Origin: Alphaproteobacteria bacterium | GTDB lineage: Bacteria; Pseudomonadota; Alphaproteobacteria; RF32; CAG-239 | Direction: 5' to 3' | Length of the DNA stretch: 64,000 bases | Assembly: GCA_020025875.1 (NCBI GenBank) | Contig: JAHHRI010000004.1 | Location: forward strand, 125-64,124 | Part shown: positions 37,424 to 45,286 of the stretch, in pieces | Position numbering within the stretch: position 1 is the stretch's first letter | Layout of the letters: each line of letters opens with the position of its first letter | Notes under the pieces: generated by a model | The model's input: the letters and a program-made list of their open reading frames with translations, nothing else | Told to the model about the DNA's origin: nothing | Databases searched by the model: none | Program-made: the position numbers and the translations under genes

Positions 37424-37933
37424 ATGATTCTGACTGGTTCGGAAATTAAGAAATATGTTCTTAACGGCGATATCGTTATTGAGCCGTTTTGCGAAGATCA
37501 GCTCAATCCCAACAGCTACAACTATCGGTTGGGAAAAACCCTGACGTTTAAGGAAGATGACGGAAAGTACCACACGCTTAAAATTCCCGATGAAGGCTTG
37601 ATTCTTTATCCTAATCGGGTGTATTTGGGACATACGTTTGAAACGTTGGGCAGCAGCAAATGTGCCATGTCGCTGATTGGGCGCAGTTCGACCGGACGGC
37701 TGGGGCTGTTTTTGCAGGTTTCCGCCGATCTCGGTCATACCGGTTCCGTTCATAAATGGACTCTGGAACTGGTCACGGCTAAGCCTTTTCGGGTTTATCC
37801 GGAGATGATTATCGGGCAGATTTCATTCTGGCTCAATGATGGTGATGCCTCTTTGTACAAGGGAGGATACTCGGCCTATTCCTGCCCGCAAATATCGAAA
37901 ATGGAGAAAGAAATTGATACTGACGGGAAATAA
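37424..37933 (+). CDS. dCTP deaminase-fold protein, paralog 1 (catalytic Glu retained)
   Basis: 169 aa. Starts MILTGSEIKKYV..G.IVIEPF....LNPNSY..RLG, with GRSSTGRLGLF (compare Dcd GRSSLARLGL) and WTLELV, where Glu aligns with the Dcd catalytic Glu of ..IVLEF... The C-terminal tail diverges from Dcd. Confidence 0.8.
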   Translation: MILTGSEIKKYVLNGDIVIEPFCEDQLNPNSYNYRLGKTLTFKEDDGKYHTLKIPDEGLILYPNRVYLGHTFETLGSSKCAMSLIGRSSTGRLGLFLQVSADLGHTGSVHKWTLELVTAKPFRVYPEMIIGQISFWLNDGDASLYKGGYSAYSCPQISKMEKEIDTDGK

Positions 37934-38432
37934 AATTGCCGAAGAAGTTTTGAACGGAAAAATTGTGATTGAGCCGTTTGAGCTTTCCGGCATAACGACA
38001 AATTCTTATGATCTGACCTTGGGCAACAAGCTGTTGATGTATAATGACGAGGTGCTGGATCCTAAAAAAGAGCCGCAAACAACCATGTTTGAAATTCCCG
38101 ACTCCGGATATGAAATGAAACGCGGAGAATTTTTGCTCGGGTGCAGCAATGAATTTGTCGGCAGCGACTTTTATGTGCCGATTGTTCATGCCAAATCAAG
38201 CATTGCCAGACTGGGGCTGTTTATTCACATTACCTCCGGCTTGTTTGACATCGGTTGCAAATGCAATGTCACTTTTCATCTGTATGCAACAATGCCGATC
38301 AGGTTATACAAAAATATGCCGATTGCGCAAATAACATTTTGGAAAACCACGGGCGAAATAAAACACTACCACGGCAAATATCAGAATGATACAGGTCCCG
38401 TGGCTTCGCGCATTTGCAAAGATTTCAAATAA
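37914..38432 (+). CDS. dCTP deaminase-fold protein, paralog 2 (His replaces the catalytic Glu)
   Basis: 172 aa from in-frame TTG 37914, preceded by GGAGAAAG. This gives (M)ILTGNKIAEEVLNGKIVIEPF, parallel to paralog 1, and overlaps paralog 1 by 20 nt. It has AKSSIARLGLF and VTFHLY at the ..LE.. position, and a Dcd-like C-terminus KYQNDTGPVASRICKD. The track's start at 37836 adds an implausible extension. Confidence 0.72.
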   Translation: MILTGNKIAEEVLNGKIVIEPFELSGITTNSYDLTLGNKLLMYNDEVLDPKKEPQTTMFEIPDSGYEMKRGEFLLGCSNEFVGSDFYVPIVHAKSSIARLGLFIHITSGLFDIGCKCNVTFHLYATMPIRLYKNMPIAQITFWKTTGEIKHYHGKYQNDTGPVASRICKDFK

Positions 38433-38435
38433 AGA

Positions 38436-38873
38436 TTATTTTTCCAGTACGAAAGTGACCGGTCCGTCGTTGATCAGTTCCACCGCCATGTCGGCTTGAA
38501 AAATACCGTTTTCCACATTAAGCCCTTCGGCTTGCAGACATTCGGAAAAATATTCGTAGAGCGGTTTTGCCGTTTCCGGTCCGGCGGCATGGTCAAAACC
38601 GGGGCGGTTGCCGCGAGATGTGTCGCCTGCCAGCGTAAATTGGGAAACAACCAGCGCGCTGCCGCCCACATCTTTGAGCGAAAGATTCATTTTGCCGTTC
38701 CCGTCTTCAAAGATGCGCAATGCCGCCGTCTTTTTTGCAAGAGCCGCCGCTTGTTCTTTGCCGTCATTTTTGAAAACACCGATAAAGATGAGTAAACCGA
38801 CGCCGATTGCCGATACACTCCGATCGTTAACCGAAACCGAAGCTCTTTTGACACGCTGAATAAGAAGCTTCAT
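38436..38873 (-). CDS. dtd: D-aminoacyl-tRNA deacylase
   Basis: 145 aa from ATG 38873 (GGAGG RBS). Starts MKLLIQRV..A.V.V, with ..VSQFTL.. and ..NDGPVTF... Its stop lies only 3 nt from the stop of Dcd-like paralog 2 (convergent). Confidence 0.92.
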   Translation of the reverse strand: MKLLIQRVKRASVSVNDRSVSAIGVGLLIFIGVFKNDGKEQAAALAKKTAALRIFEDGNGKMNLSLKDVGGSALVVSQFTLAGDTSRGNRPGFDHAAGPETAKPLYEYFSECLQAEGLNVENGIFQADMAVELINDGPVTFVLEK

Positions 38874-38977
38874 TTTTATCCTCCAAAGTTTTTTTATGAT
38901 AAAGGGTAGCGTTGAGAAAGCCGGAATGCAAGCTTTATTTTGTGGTTTTTGGTGTTCAATATGCAAATAAAAAAGGC

Positions 38978-39006
38978 TTGCCAAAAAGAAAAATCTTCTG
39001 TATATT
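38978..39006 (+). promoter_or_regulatory. near-consensus sigma70 promoter dedicated to rplQ
   Basis: TTGCCA (38978-38983), 17-nt spacer, TATATT (39001-39006). Lies about 120 nt upstream of the rplQ ATG. Confidence 0.55.
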
Positions 39007-39126
39007 GCGCCTGAAATCGTGAGTTTGAAATTCGCGGAATGCCGGCATTTATGAAGGTAGTGACGGCTTTTTATGTTTTATCCGCTTTGCCTGTCAAAGC
39101 ATTTAGAGAAAAGAAAGGAAACAGCC

Positions 39127-39633
39127 ATGAGACATGGTGATAAACACAGAAAATTTAACATGCCGAGAAGCCAGAGAAGAGCTTTGTTCTCAAACCTGAC
39201 CAACGCGTTGTTGACGCATGAGCAGATCACAATCACTTTGCCGCGCGCCAAAGAACTGAGAACTTTTGCCGACAGCATGATCACGTTTGCCAAAAAAGGC
39301 GATCTGAACAGTCGTCGTATGGCGTTGGCCTTTTTGCGTGACAACGAAGTTGTTGCCAAATTGTTCTCTACTTTAGCCGAACGTTATAAAGAACGTAACG
39401 GTGGTTATACGCGTGTTCTTAAAGCCGGCATTCGCTATGGCGATGCTGCTCCGATGGCGATTATCGAACTGGTTGACCGTGATGTTAATGCCAAAGGTGC
39501 CAAAGATTTGGCACGAGTAGCCGCCGAGAAGGCCGCTGCCGAAGCTGCTGAAAAAGCGGTTGAGGAAGAAGCTAAAAAAGAAGAAGCCAAAGTAGAAAAA
39601 AAGGCTGAAAAAAAATCGAAAAAAGCCGAATAA
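39127..39633 (+). CDS. rplQ: 50S ribosomal protein L17 with Ala/Glu/Lys-rich C-terminal tail
   Basis: Starts [23 protein letters not shown]...L..HE.I.T at ATG 39127 (AAGGAA RBS). The tail is ..[37 protein letters not shown]. Confidence 0.95.
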   Translation: MRHGDKHRKFNMPRSQRRALFSNLTNALLTHEQITITLPRAKELRTFADSMITFAKKGDLNSRRMALAFLRDNEVVAKLFSTLAERYKERNGGYTRVLKAGIRYGDAAPMAIIELVDRDVNAKGAKDLARVAAEKAAAEAAEKAVEEEAKKEEAKVEKKAEKKSKKAE

Positions 39634-39658
39634 TCGAGTAGGATAAGATTTTTTTAAG

Positions 39659-39692
39659 AAAAACGGAAGATCGGAAGTTCTTCCGTTTTTTT
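39659..39692 (+). terminator. intrinsic terminator after rplQ
   Basis: 8-bp stem ACGGAAGA/TCTTCCGT, 8-nt loop, T7. Confidence 0.75.
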
Positions 39693-39895
39693 GTATTGAT
39701 TGCTTTACAATCGAATCCTTCTTTAACGGGGAGAGGTTTGTGCCAGCCGGATCAGCGGCGGGGCAATATTAAATTTTGCATAGGCCAAGCCGGAAAGTTC
39801 GTAATGTGGCTTATTTTTGCGCGGTAAAGACAAACAGCCAAACATTTTGAGGCTGCCGACTTATGGCCGCCGATCGGCAAAAGGTTTGTCGGCGG

Positions 39896-41716
39896 TTATC
39901 CTTTTGCTAAATTTTCCGCCAGTTCCAAGAGTTCCAGCCATTGATTTTCGTCGGCTTCCTTTTTTTGTTCCAGCTCTTCCAGTTGGTCGGTGAGGGTCAG
40001 AAAACGGCTTGGGGAATTTTGGTAAAGTGCCGTATCGTTCAATGCGGTGCGGATGAGGGCAATTTGCTTTTCGCTTTCCTCAATTTGTTTGGGGAGTACG
40101 GAAAGTAAACGCTGCTGGTTGTAGCTGAGCTTGCCGCGGGCGTTCTCCTGACGTTGGCTGCCGGTGTTTTTGGCGGCATTTGTTTTGCTTTTGTTGGGGG
40201 CAGGCAACGGCTCTCTTTGATTGAGGTTTGCAAGCATATCGCTGTAACTGCCGACATATTCTTCAATTTTTCCGTTTCCGTTCATATAGATAATGGAGGT
40301 GACGATTTTATCCAAAAAATCTCGGTCATGGCTGACGATCATAATGGTTCCGTCATAGTCGCCGAGAGTTTCCTGCAAAAGGTCCAAAGTGTCCATATCC
40401 AGATCGTTGGTCGGTTCGTCTAACAGCAAAAAGTTTGACGGCAGCGCCAGTACCTTGGCAAGCATCAACCGATTTTTTTCGCCGCCCGACAGAGCGGCTA
40501 CCGGAGATTTGGCTTGTTCCGGCGTAAACAGAAAGTCTTTCAGGTATGCCACCACATGCCGCCAACTGCCGCGAACCCAAATATGATCTCCTTGGTCGCA
40601 AAGCGTTTGCCACAGAGTTTTGTTTGGATCCAAGGTGAAGCGGTTTTGGTCAAAATAGGCTTCTTCCATGTTTTTGCCAATTCTGACAAAGCCGGAATCC
40701 GGTGTTAATTTTTTGGTCAACAGTTTAATGAGAGTGGTTTTGCCGGCGCCGTTGGGGCCGACGATGCCAATTCTGTTGCCGCGGATGATTTTTGTTGAAA
40801 AATCGTTGACGATTGTTCTGTCGGCAAAGGATTTGCACAGATGTTTGGCCTCAATCACCAGCTTGGAGCGCCACGGCGTGTTTTCTATATCCATGTTGAC
40901 TGAGCCGATTTGCCTGATTTGTTCCTTGCGCTCTTGCCTCAGTTGTATCAGCCGCCGCAGGCGTCCCATGTTGCGTTTGCGGCGAGCCGTCACACCTTTG
41001 TGTAACCATTCCGTTTCTTCGGCAATTTTTTTATTGAGGTATTTTTGAGCAATGATTTCTTGTTCGATGACTTGGTCCTGCCATTCTTCAAAACTGCCGA
41101 AGCCTTTGTTGTTGCGGCGCAAAGTTCCTCGGTCGAGCCAGAAAGTGGTGCGCGAAATGTTGGTCAGAAAACGTCTGTCGTGGCTGATAACGACAACGGC
41201 GCCACCGTAGTTGCCGATGATTTTTTCCAGAGTTTCGATGGTTGGCATATCGAGATGGTTCGTCGGCTCGTCTAAGAGCAGAATGTCCGGTTCTTCAATG
41301 AGGGCTCTGGCAAGCGTCGCTTTGCGTTTTTCTCCGCCGGAGGCGGTGGCGGGATCTGCGTCGGCAGCGATATCCAGCTGTTTGATCCATATGTCTGTTT
41401 TGTAGTCTTCGCTGCCGTCGTGACGGTTAAGTCCGTCGGCAACGGCTTCGCGCAGGGTTTTGAATTTGCTTAAGTCGGCATCTTGGGGCATATAGCCGAT
41501 TTTGATATTGGGCTGGATGAAAATTTCTCCGTCGTCGGGTTCAATCAAGCCGGCGATTATTTTCAGCAATGTCGATTTACCGGAGCCGTTGCGTCCGACC
41601 AGTGAAATTTTATCACCGCGGTTGATGTATAGTTCGACATCTTCAAACAGCTGTTTGCTGCCGAAACGGATTTTGATACCTTTCAAAGTGTAAATGGGCG
41701 CTTCAAATGCCGGCAT
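39896..41716 (-). CDS. uup: ABC-F family ATPase, Uup-like
   Basis: 606 aa with two ABC cassettes (GRNGSGKST, GPNGAGKTT, two LSGGE signatures), an inter-domain linker, and a C-terminal coiled coil ..KLSYNQQRLL..LP..IE..E..I.., as in Uup. Confidence 0.85.
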   Translation of the reverse strand: MPAFEAPIYTLKGIKIRFGSKQLFEDVELYINRGDKISLVGRNGSGKSTLLKIIAGLIEPDDGEIFIQPNIKIGYMPQDADLSKFKTLREAVADGLNRHDGSEDYKTDIWIKQLDIAADADPATASGGEKRKATLARALIEEPDILLLDEPTNHLDMPTIETLEKIIGNYGGAVVVISHDRRFLTNISRTTFWLDRGTLRRNNKGFGSFEEWQDQVIEQEIIAQKYLNKKIAEETEWLHKGVTARRKRNMGRLRRLIQLRQERKEQIRQIGSVNMDIENTPWRSKLVIEAKHLCKSFADRTIVNDFSTKIIRGNRIGIVGPNGAGKTTLIKLLTKKLTPDSGFVRIGKNMEEAYFDQNRFTLDPNKTLWQTLCDQGDHIWVRGSWRHVVAYLKDFLFTPEQAKSPVAALSGGEKNRLMLAKVLALPSNFLLLDEPTNDLDMDTLDLLQETLGDYDGTIMIVSHDRDFLDKIVTSIIYMNGNGKIEEYVGSYSDMLANLNQREPLPAPNKSKTNAAKNTGSQRQENARGKLSYNQQRLLSVLPKQIEESEKQIALIRTALNDTALYQNSPSRFLTLTDQLEELEQKKEADENQWLELLELAENLAKG

Positions 41717-41928
41717 GGTCTGATCCCTTTGTTTTTTTTAAATTCGGGCGCATTATAACCGCGGCAAAGGCAAAAATAAACAAAAATCTTAAAATTGCGG
41801 CAGAGCGGTTGCCGCTTTGTTGAACGCCATCGGCAAAAATAGGCCGAAAAAACGGTAAAAAAGTTTGAATGTGAGGAATTTTCGTATATGATGAAAGAAA
41901 ACGCTGGTCTAATAATGGGATTTTAAAA

Positions 41929-43155
41929 ATGCCGAAAATATTTGTGCTTTTCGCCTATGTCATGCTTGTTGCTTTTTCTGCCAAAGCGGCTGATGATATG
42001 TCGTTGATTGATCTGTTCGGAGAAGAACCGAAAAAGGAAGAAACAATTTCCGCGCCCGCAGAAGTCAAACATCGGACAGAGCCGGAGAAAAAACAAAAAG
42101 AGGAGAAGGTGCGGGTAGATGATGAGGGAATGTTTTCTTTTCTGAATTTTTCATTTCTTAAAAATAAAAAGAAAGTGGAAGAGTTTGCCCGTAAACCCGA
42201 TGAGCCGCAGGAAAACTTCCTTGACCGCATGACACGTATGGCGGAAGAAGGTGATGTCGATGCCTGCTTGACACTCGGCTATATGTATCTTTACGGCGAA
42301 AAAGGAGTTGCACGCAATGAGGAAAAGGCGTTTCGTTACTATTCGATGGCGGCTTCTCAAAAAGATATGATTGCGATCAACAATCTCGGCAGCCTCTATT
42401 ACAGCGGAATCGGCACGGAAAAAGATGTGAACAAAGCGGTGGAGATGTTTAATAAAGCAGCCAAACTCGGCAACAAAGAAGCCGCTATCAATTTGGCGTT
42501 TATCTATCTGACTTCGCCTTCAAAAAACATCTCCGCACAGCGGATTATCGAACTTTTGCAACAGGCGGCGGAAGGTAACAATATCACGGCTCAATATATG
42601 ATGGGCTATTCCTATTATCGCGGCTTTGTGGTGCCTAAGGATTTTAAAAAGTCTTTTGAGCTGATCAAGCAGGCCGCCGTATCCTATGACGAGGCCCAAT
42701 ATGAACTGGCTTTGCGTTATATCAATGCAGAAGGCACCCCCCGCAACTATAACAATGCCGTCAAATATCTTAACCAATCCGCTCATCAGGGAAATGTTCA
42801 GGCAATGATGGAACTCGGCAATATTTTAGCGGCGGGAACGTCTTATCAAAAGAACGAATATCAGGCTTATATTTGGTTTAACATTGCTTCGGTATATGGC
42901 ATTGAAGGCGCAGCGGAAAAACGAGATATTTTGGAAAGAATCTTAAAAATTGAGGAGGTTCTGCAGGCGCAGTCGGCGGCAGAAACTTTTAAGGAAAAAC
43001 CGAGTGAGATGACGCAATATATTCGCCAAACTTTCGGGCGCAATCTGGGAAGTTATATTGATAAGAAAATGGGCTACCACGCACCGAAAAAGCAGTCGCA
43101 AGATGCTTCGAAAAAACAAGAGCGTGAGCCATCGCAGCCGTTAAAGCTGTTATAG
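41929..43155 (+). CDS. secreted Sel1-like repeat (SLR/TPR-like) protein
   Basis: 408 aa. Signal peptide (..LVAFSAKAADD). About 7 repeats of the form ..A..Y...A..G...A...LG..Y..G.G...D..KA... Confidence 0.8.
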   Translation: MPKIFVLFAYVMLVAFSAKAADDMSLIDLFGEEPKKEETISAPAEVKHRTEPEKKQKEEKVRVDDEGMFSFLNFSFLKNKKKVEEFARKPDEPQENFLDRMTRMAEEGDVDACLTLGYMYLYGEKGVARNEEKAFRYYSMAASQKDMIAINNLGSLYYSGIGTEKDVNKAVEMFNKAAKLGNKEAAINLAFIYLTSPSKNISAQRIIELLQQAAEGNNITAQYMMGYSYYRGFVVPKDFKKSFELIKQAAVSYDEAQYELALRYINAEGTPRNYNNAVKYLNQSAHQGNVQAMMELGNILAAGTSYQKNEYQAYIWFNIASVYGIEGAAEKRDILERILKIEEVLQAQSAAETFKEKPSEMTQYIRQTFGRNLGSYIDKKMGYHAPKKQSQDASKKQEREPSQPLKLL

Positions 43156-43471
43156 GTACAAAAAAGCGCCGGAAAATTGGCTGTCGGCGGTGAATAGGCC
43201 GCCGATATCTCCGAATACTTTTGTTCAACGGGCGAGGGCGTGCGTGATAAAGCCCTCTTAAACCATAGGAACGGTGCGGCGGAAAATTATAGGAACGGCA
43301 AGGCGAGGTATGCGCAACCAAGTCGTTTTGCAAACGGATTTTGTGTCCGTTTGCCGGCAGCAAGCCGGTCGGGACAGGTTGGGTTTATGTTTGTTCTTAT
43401 AGGGCGAAGTGTCTTACCCTATATATAGATATTTGCCGATAAACCGAGGATGGTCGTCAGGAATCGATAAA

Positions 43472-43506
43472 GAAAAACCCGTATAAAAACGGGTTTTTCT
43501 TTTTTG
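43472..43506. terminator. bidirectional intrinsic terminator shared by the Sel1-repeat gene and metG
   Basis: GAAAAACCCGT-ataaaa-ACGGGTTTTTC, flanked by an A-tract and a T-tract. Ends 14 nt before the metG stop. Confidence 0.7.
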
Positions 43507-43519
43507 GTCGTCTTTGAGC

Positions 43520-45043
43520 TTAATCTTCAATCATCGGAAACAGCGGGTCGCCGACTTTAATCTCTGTTCCTTCCGGCAACGAAAACGGTTTGAACTCCGC
43601 TTTGAAGGTTTCCGGTTCACTTCCGAGAGAAGCTTCGATTTGGCGTGCCACGGCAGGTGTCAGCGGGTACATTGCCAGCCCGATTAGGCGCAAACATTCG
43701 AGCGTGGTATAGACCACCGCTTCAAAACGGGGGCGTTCAAGCGGGTTTTTGGCCAGCACCCATGGTGTGTTGGCAGCAAAATAAGCATTGACGGCATCTC
43801 CCGCCTTAACAATGCTTTCGGCAAGTTCGCTCACTGTTTCAAGCGACATATCCTGACGATAAATCCGCTCAAAGTTGCCGGCGATTTCATGAATCAGCGT
43901 TTTGTCCTTGTCGTTGAGATCGGCAGCCGAAGGAACTTTCCCGTCAAGGCTTTTTTGCACCATTTTCAACACGCGCATTTGTAAATTGCCGATATTGTTT
44001 GCCAGCATTTTGTATCCCTGCTTCAGCATTGCCACGCTGATCTGAGAATCGCCGCCGAGTGTCATGTTGGCAATCAGATAAAAACGCAGAGCGTCGACAC
44101 CGAGCAAGCTGACCACTTCTACCGGATCAACCACATTGCCGAGAGATTTTGACATTTTAACACCGCCTTCGCCGATCCAATAGCCGTGGATAAAGTAATG
44201 TTCCACCGGTGGAACCCCCAGTGCGTGCAGCATAATCGGCCAGTATATACAGTGAGGCTTGAGAATATCTTTGGCGATAAGATGGTGAGAATGTGCCCAA
44301 ACTGTTTCAAAGTCGGGATTGTGTCCATAATTTAAGGTAGAAATGTAGTTGACCAATGCGTCAAACCAGATGTAGGTTACATAGTCGCGGTCAAAGGGCA
44401 ATTCAACTCCCAACCACACCCGCGATTTTGGGCGTGAGATACAAAGATCTTCCAACGGCTCCTTGAGCATACCCAAGACCTCGTTTGCGTATTTTGCCGG
44501 ACGAATCCAGTCCGGATGACTCTTGATATAGTCGATCAGCCATTGGCGATAGGGTTCCAAACGGAAGAAGTAGTTTTCTTCGCTGATTGCTTTGGGGGCT
44601 GTTTTGTGGTCGGGACAACAGCCGTTTTCGTCAAGATCAGATTTTTTCTTAAACTGCTCGCAGCCTTCGCAGTAGAGTCCCTCATACGATTTTTTGACAA
44701 TCAGCCCTTTGTTGTAGATGTTTTGCAAAATTTCTTGCACAATCTTTTTATGTTCCGGCCGCGAGGTGCGCACAAAGTAGTCAAAATCAATACCCAGCTT
44801 CACAAACAGATTGCGAAAATTGTCGCTTTGTCGGGTTAAAAATTCGTCGGCGGCAAGGTTGCTTGCTTCGATACTGTGTTGATTTTTTTGCCCGTGTTCG
44901 TCCGTGCCGGTGGTATAATAGACGCCGTTGCCCCGCATTTGTTCAAATTTTTTCATCACGTCGCCCAAAACAGACGTGTAGGCGTGCCCAATATGGGGCA
45001 GCCCGTTTAAATAATAAATCGGGGTGGTAATATATTTTTGCAT
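43520..45043 (-). CDS. metG: methionyl-tRNA synthetase (short form, no C-terminal EMAPII/Trbp111 domain)
   Basis: 507 aa from ATG 45043, starting MQKYITTPIYYLNGLPHIGHAYT (HIGH). KMSKS is present (VKMSKSLGN). Single Cys knuckle CEGCEQF..CCPDH. Confidence 0.94.
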   Translation of the reverse strand: MQKYITTPIYYLNGLPHIGHAYTSVLGDVMKKFEQMRGNGVYYTTGTDEHGQKNQHSIEASNLAADEFLTRQSDNFRNLFVKLGIDFDYFVRTSRPEHKKIVQEILQNIYNKGLIVKKSYEGLYCEGCEQFKKKSDLDENGCCPDHKTAPKAISEENYFFRLEPYRQWLIDYIKSHPDWIRPAKYANEVLGMLKEPLEDLCISRPKSRVWLGVELPFDRDYVTYIWFDALVNYISTLNYGHNPDFETVWAHSHHLIAKDILKPHCIYWPIMLHALGVPPVEHYFIHGYWIGEGGVKMSKSLGNVVDPVEVVSLLGVDALRFYLIANMTLGGDSQISVAMLKQGYKMLANNIGNLQMRVLKMVQKSLDGKVPSAADLNDKDKTLIHEIAGNFERIYRQDMSLETVSELAESIVKAGDAVNAYFAANTPWVLAKNPLERPRFEAVVYTTLECLRLIGLAMYPLTPAVARQIEASLGSEPETFKAEFKPFSLPEGTEIKVGDPLFPMIED

Positions 45044-45241
45044 CGACACGTTCTCCAAGTTAAACAAAATCTGTCCGGCAGAGTATAACAACTTGTCGGC
45101 AAAATCAACGCTTTTTCGGCTCTTGTCGACAGTCTTGGCGGTAGGTGGGCACGTTTTTCTGACATAAAAGAAAAAAGTGCTTTATTTTTTAAAAAAATAT
45201 GCTATATACAAAGATATTCTTTCATAAAAATTAAATTGAAA

Positions 45242-45266
45242 GTGGGGCCGCAAGCCCCGCTTTTTT
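45242..45266 (+). promoter_or_regulatory. leader terminator/attenuator-like hairpin upstream of rimP-nusA
   Basis: GTGGGGC-cgcaa-GCCCCGC followed by T6, ending 20 nt before the rimP ATG. Confidence 0.45.
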
Positions 45267-45286
45267 GTTAATAACAAGGAGTCTGT

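Noticed and set aside
37836-37913. Longer N-terminus (MMVMPLCTREDTRPIPARKYRKWRKK) for Dcd-like paralog 2, as in the ORF track
   Set aside because: The extension lies entirely inside paralog 1 coding sequence in another frame and has no Dcd counterpart. The TTG at 37914 has a GGAG-type RBS and restores an N-terminus parallel to paralog 1.
37424-38432. Equating the Dcd-like pair with the published nucleotide-depletion (dCTP deaminase) anti-phage defence genes
   Set aside because: As far as I recall, those defence proteins are larger two-domain enzymes: a kinase-like N-terminus plus a deaminase domain of the zinc-dependent cytidine/dCMP-deaminase type. These ORFs are small Dcd/dUTPase-fold proteins. 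A defence role remains only a hypothesis.
15374-45091. ORF-track N-terminal extensions of pth (15374), ychF (16092), secY (30120), rplQ (39073), dtd (38984), metG (45091), deoC (8427), punA (9136) and lptD (58415)
   Set aside because: In each case a downstream ATG gives the canonical family N-terminus, has a GGAG/AAGGA-type RBS, and removes overlap with the neighbouring gene or terminator. The longer forms were therefore not used.
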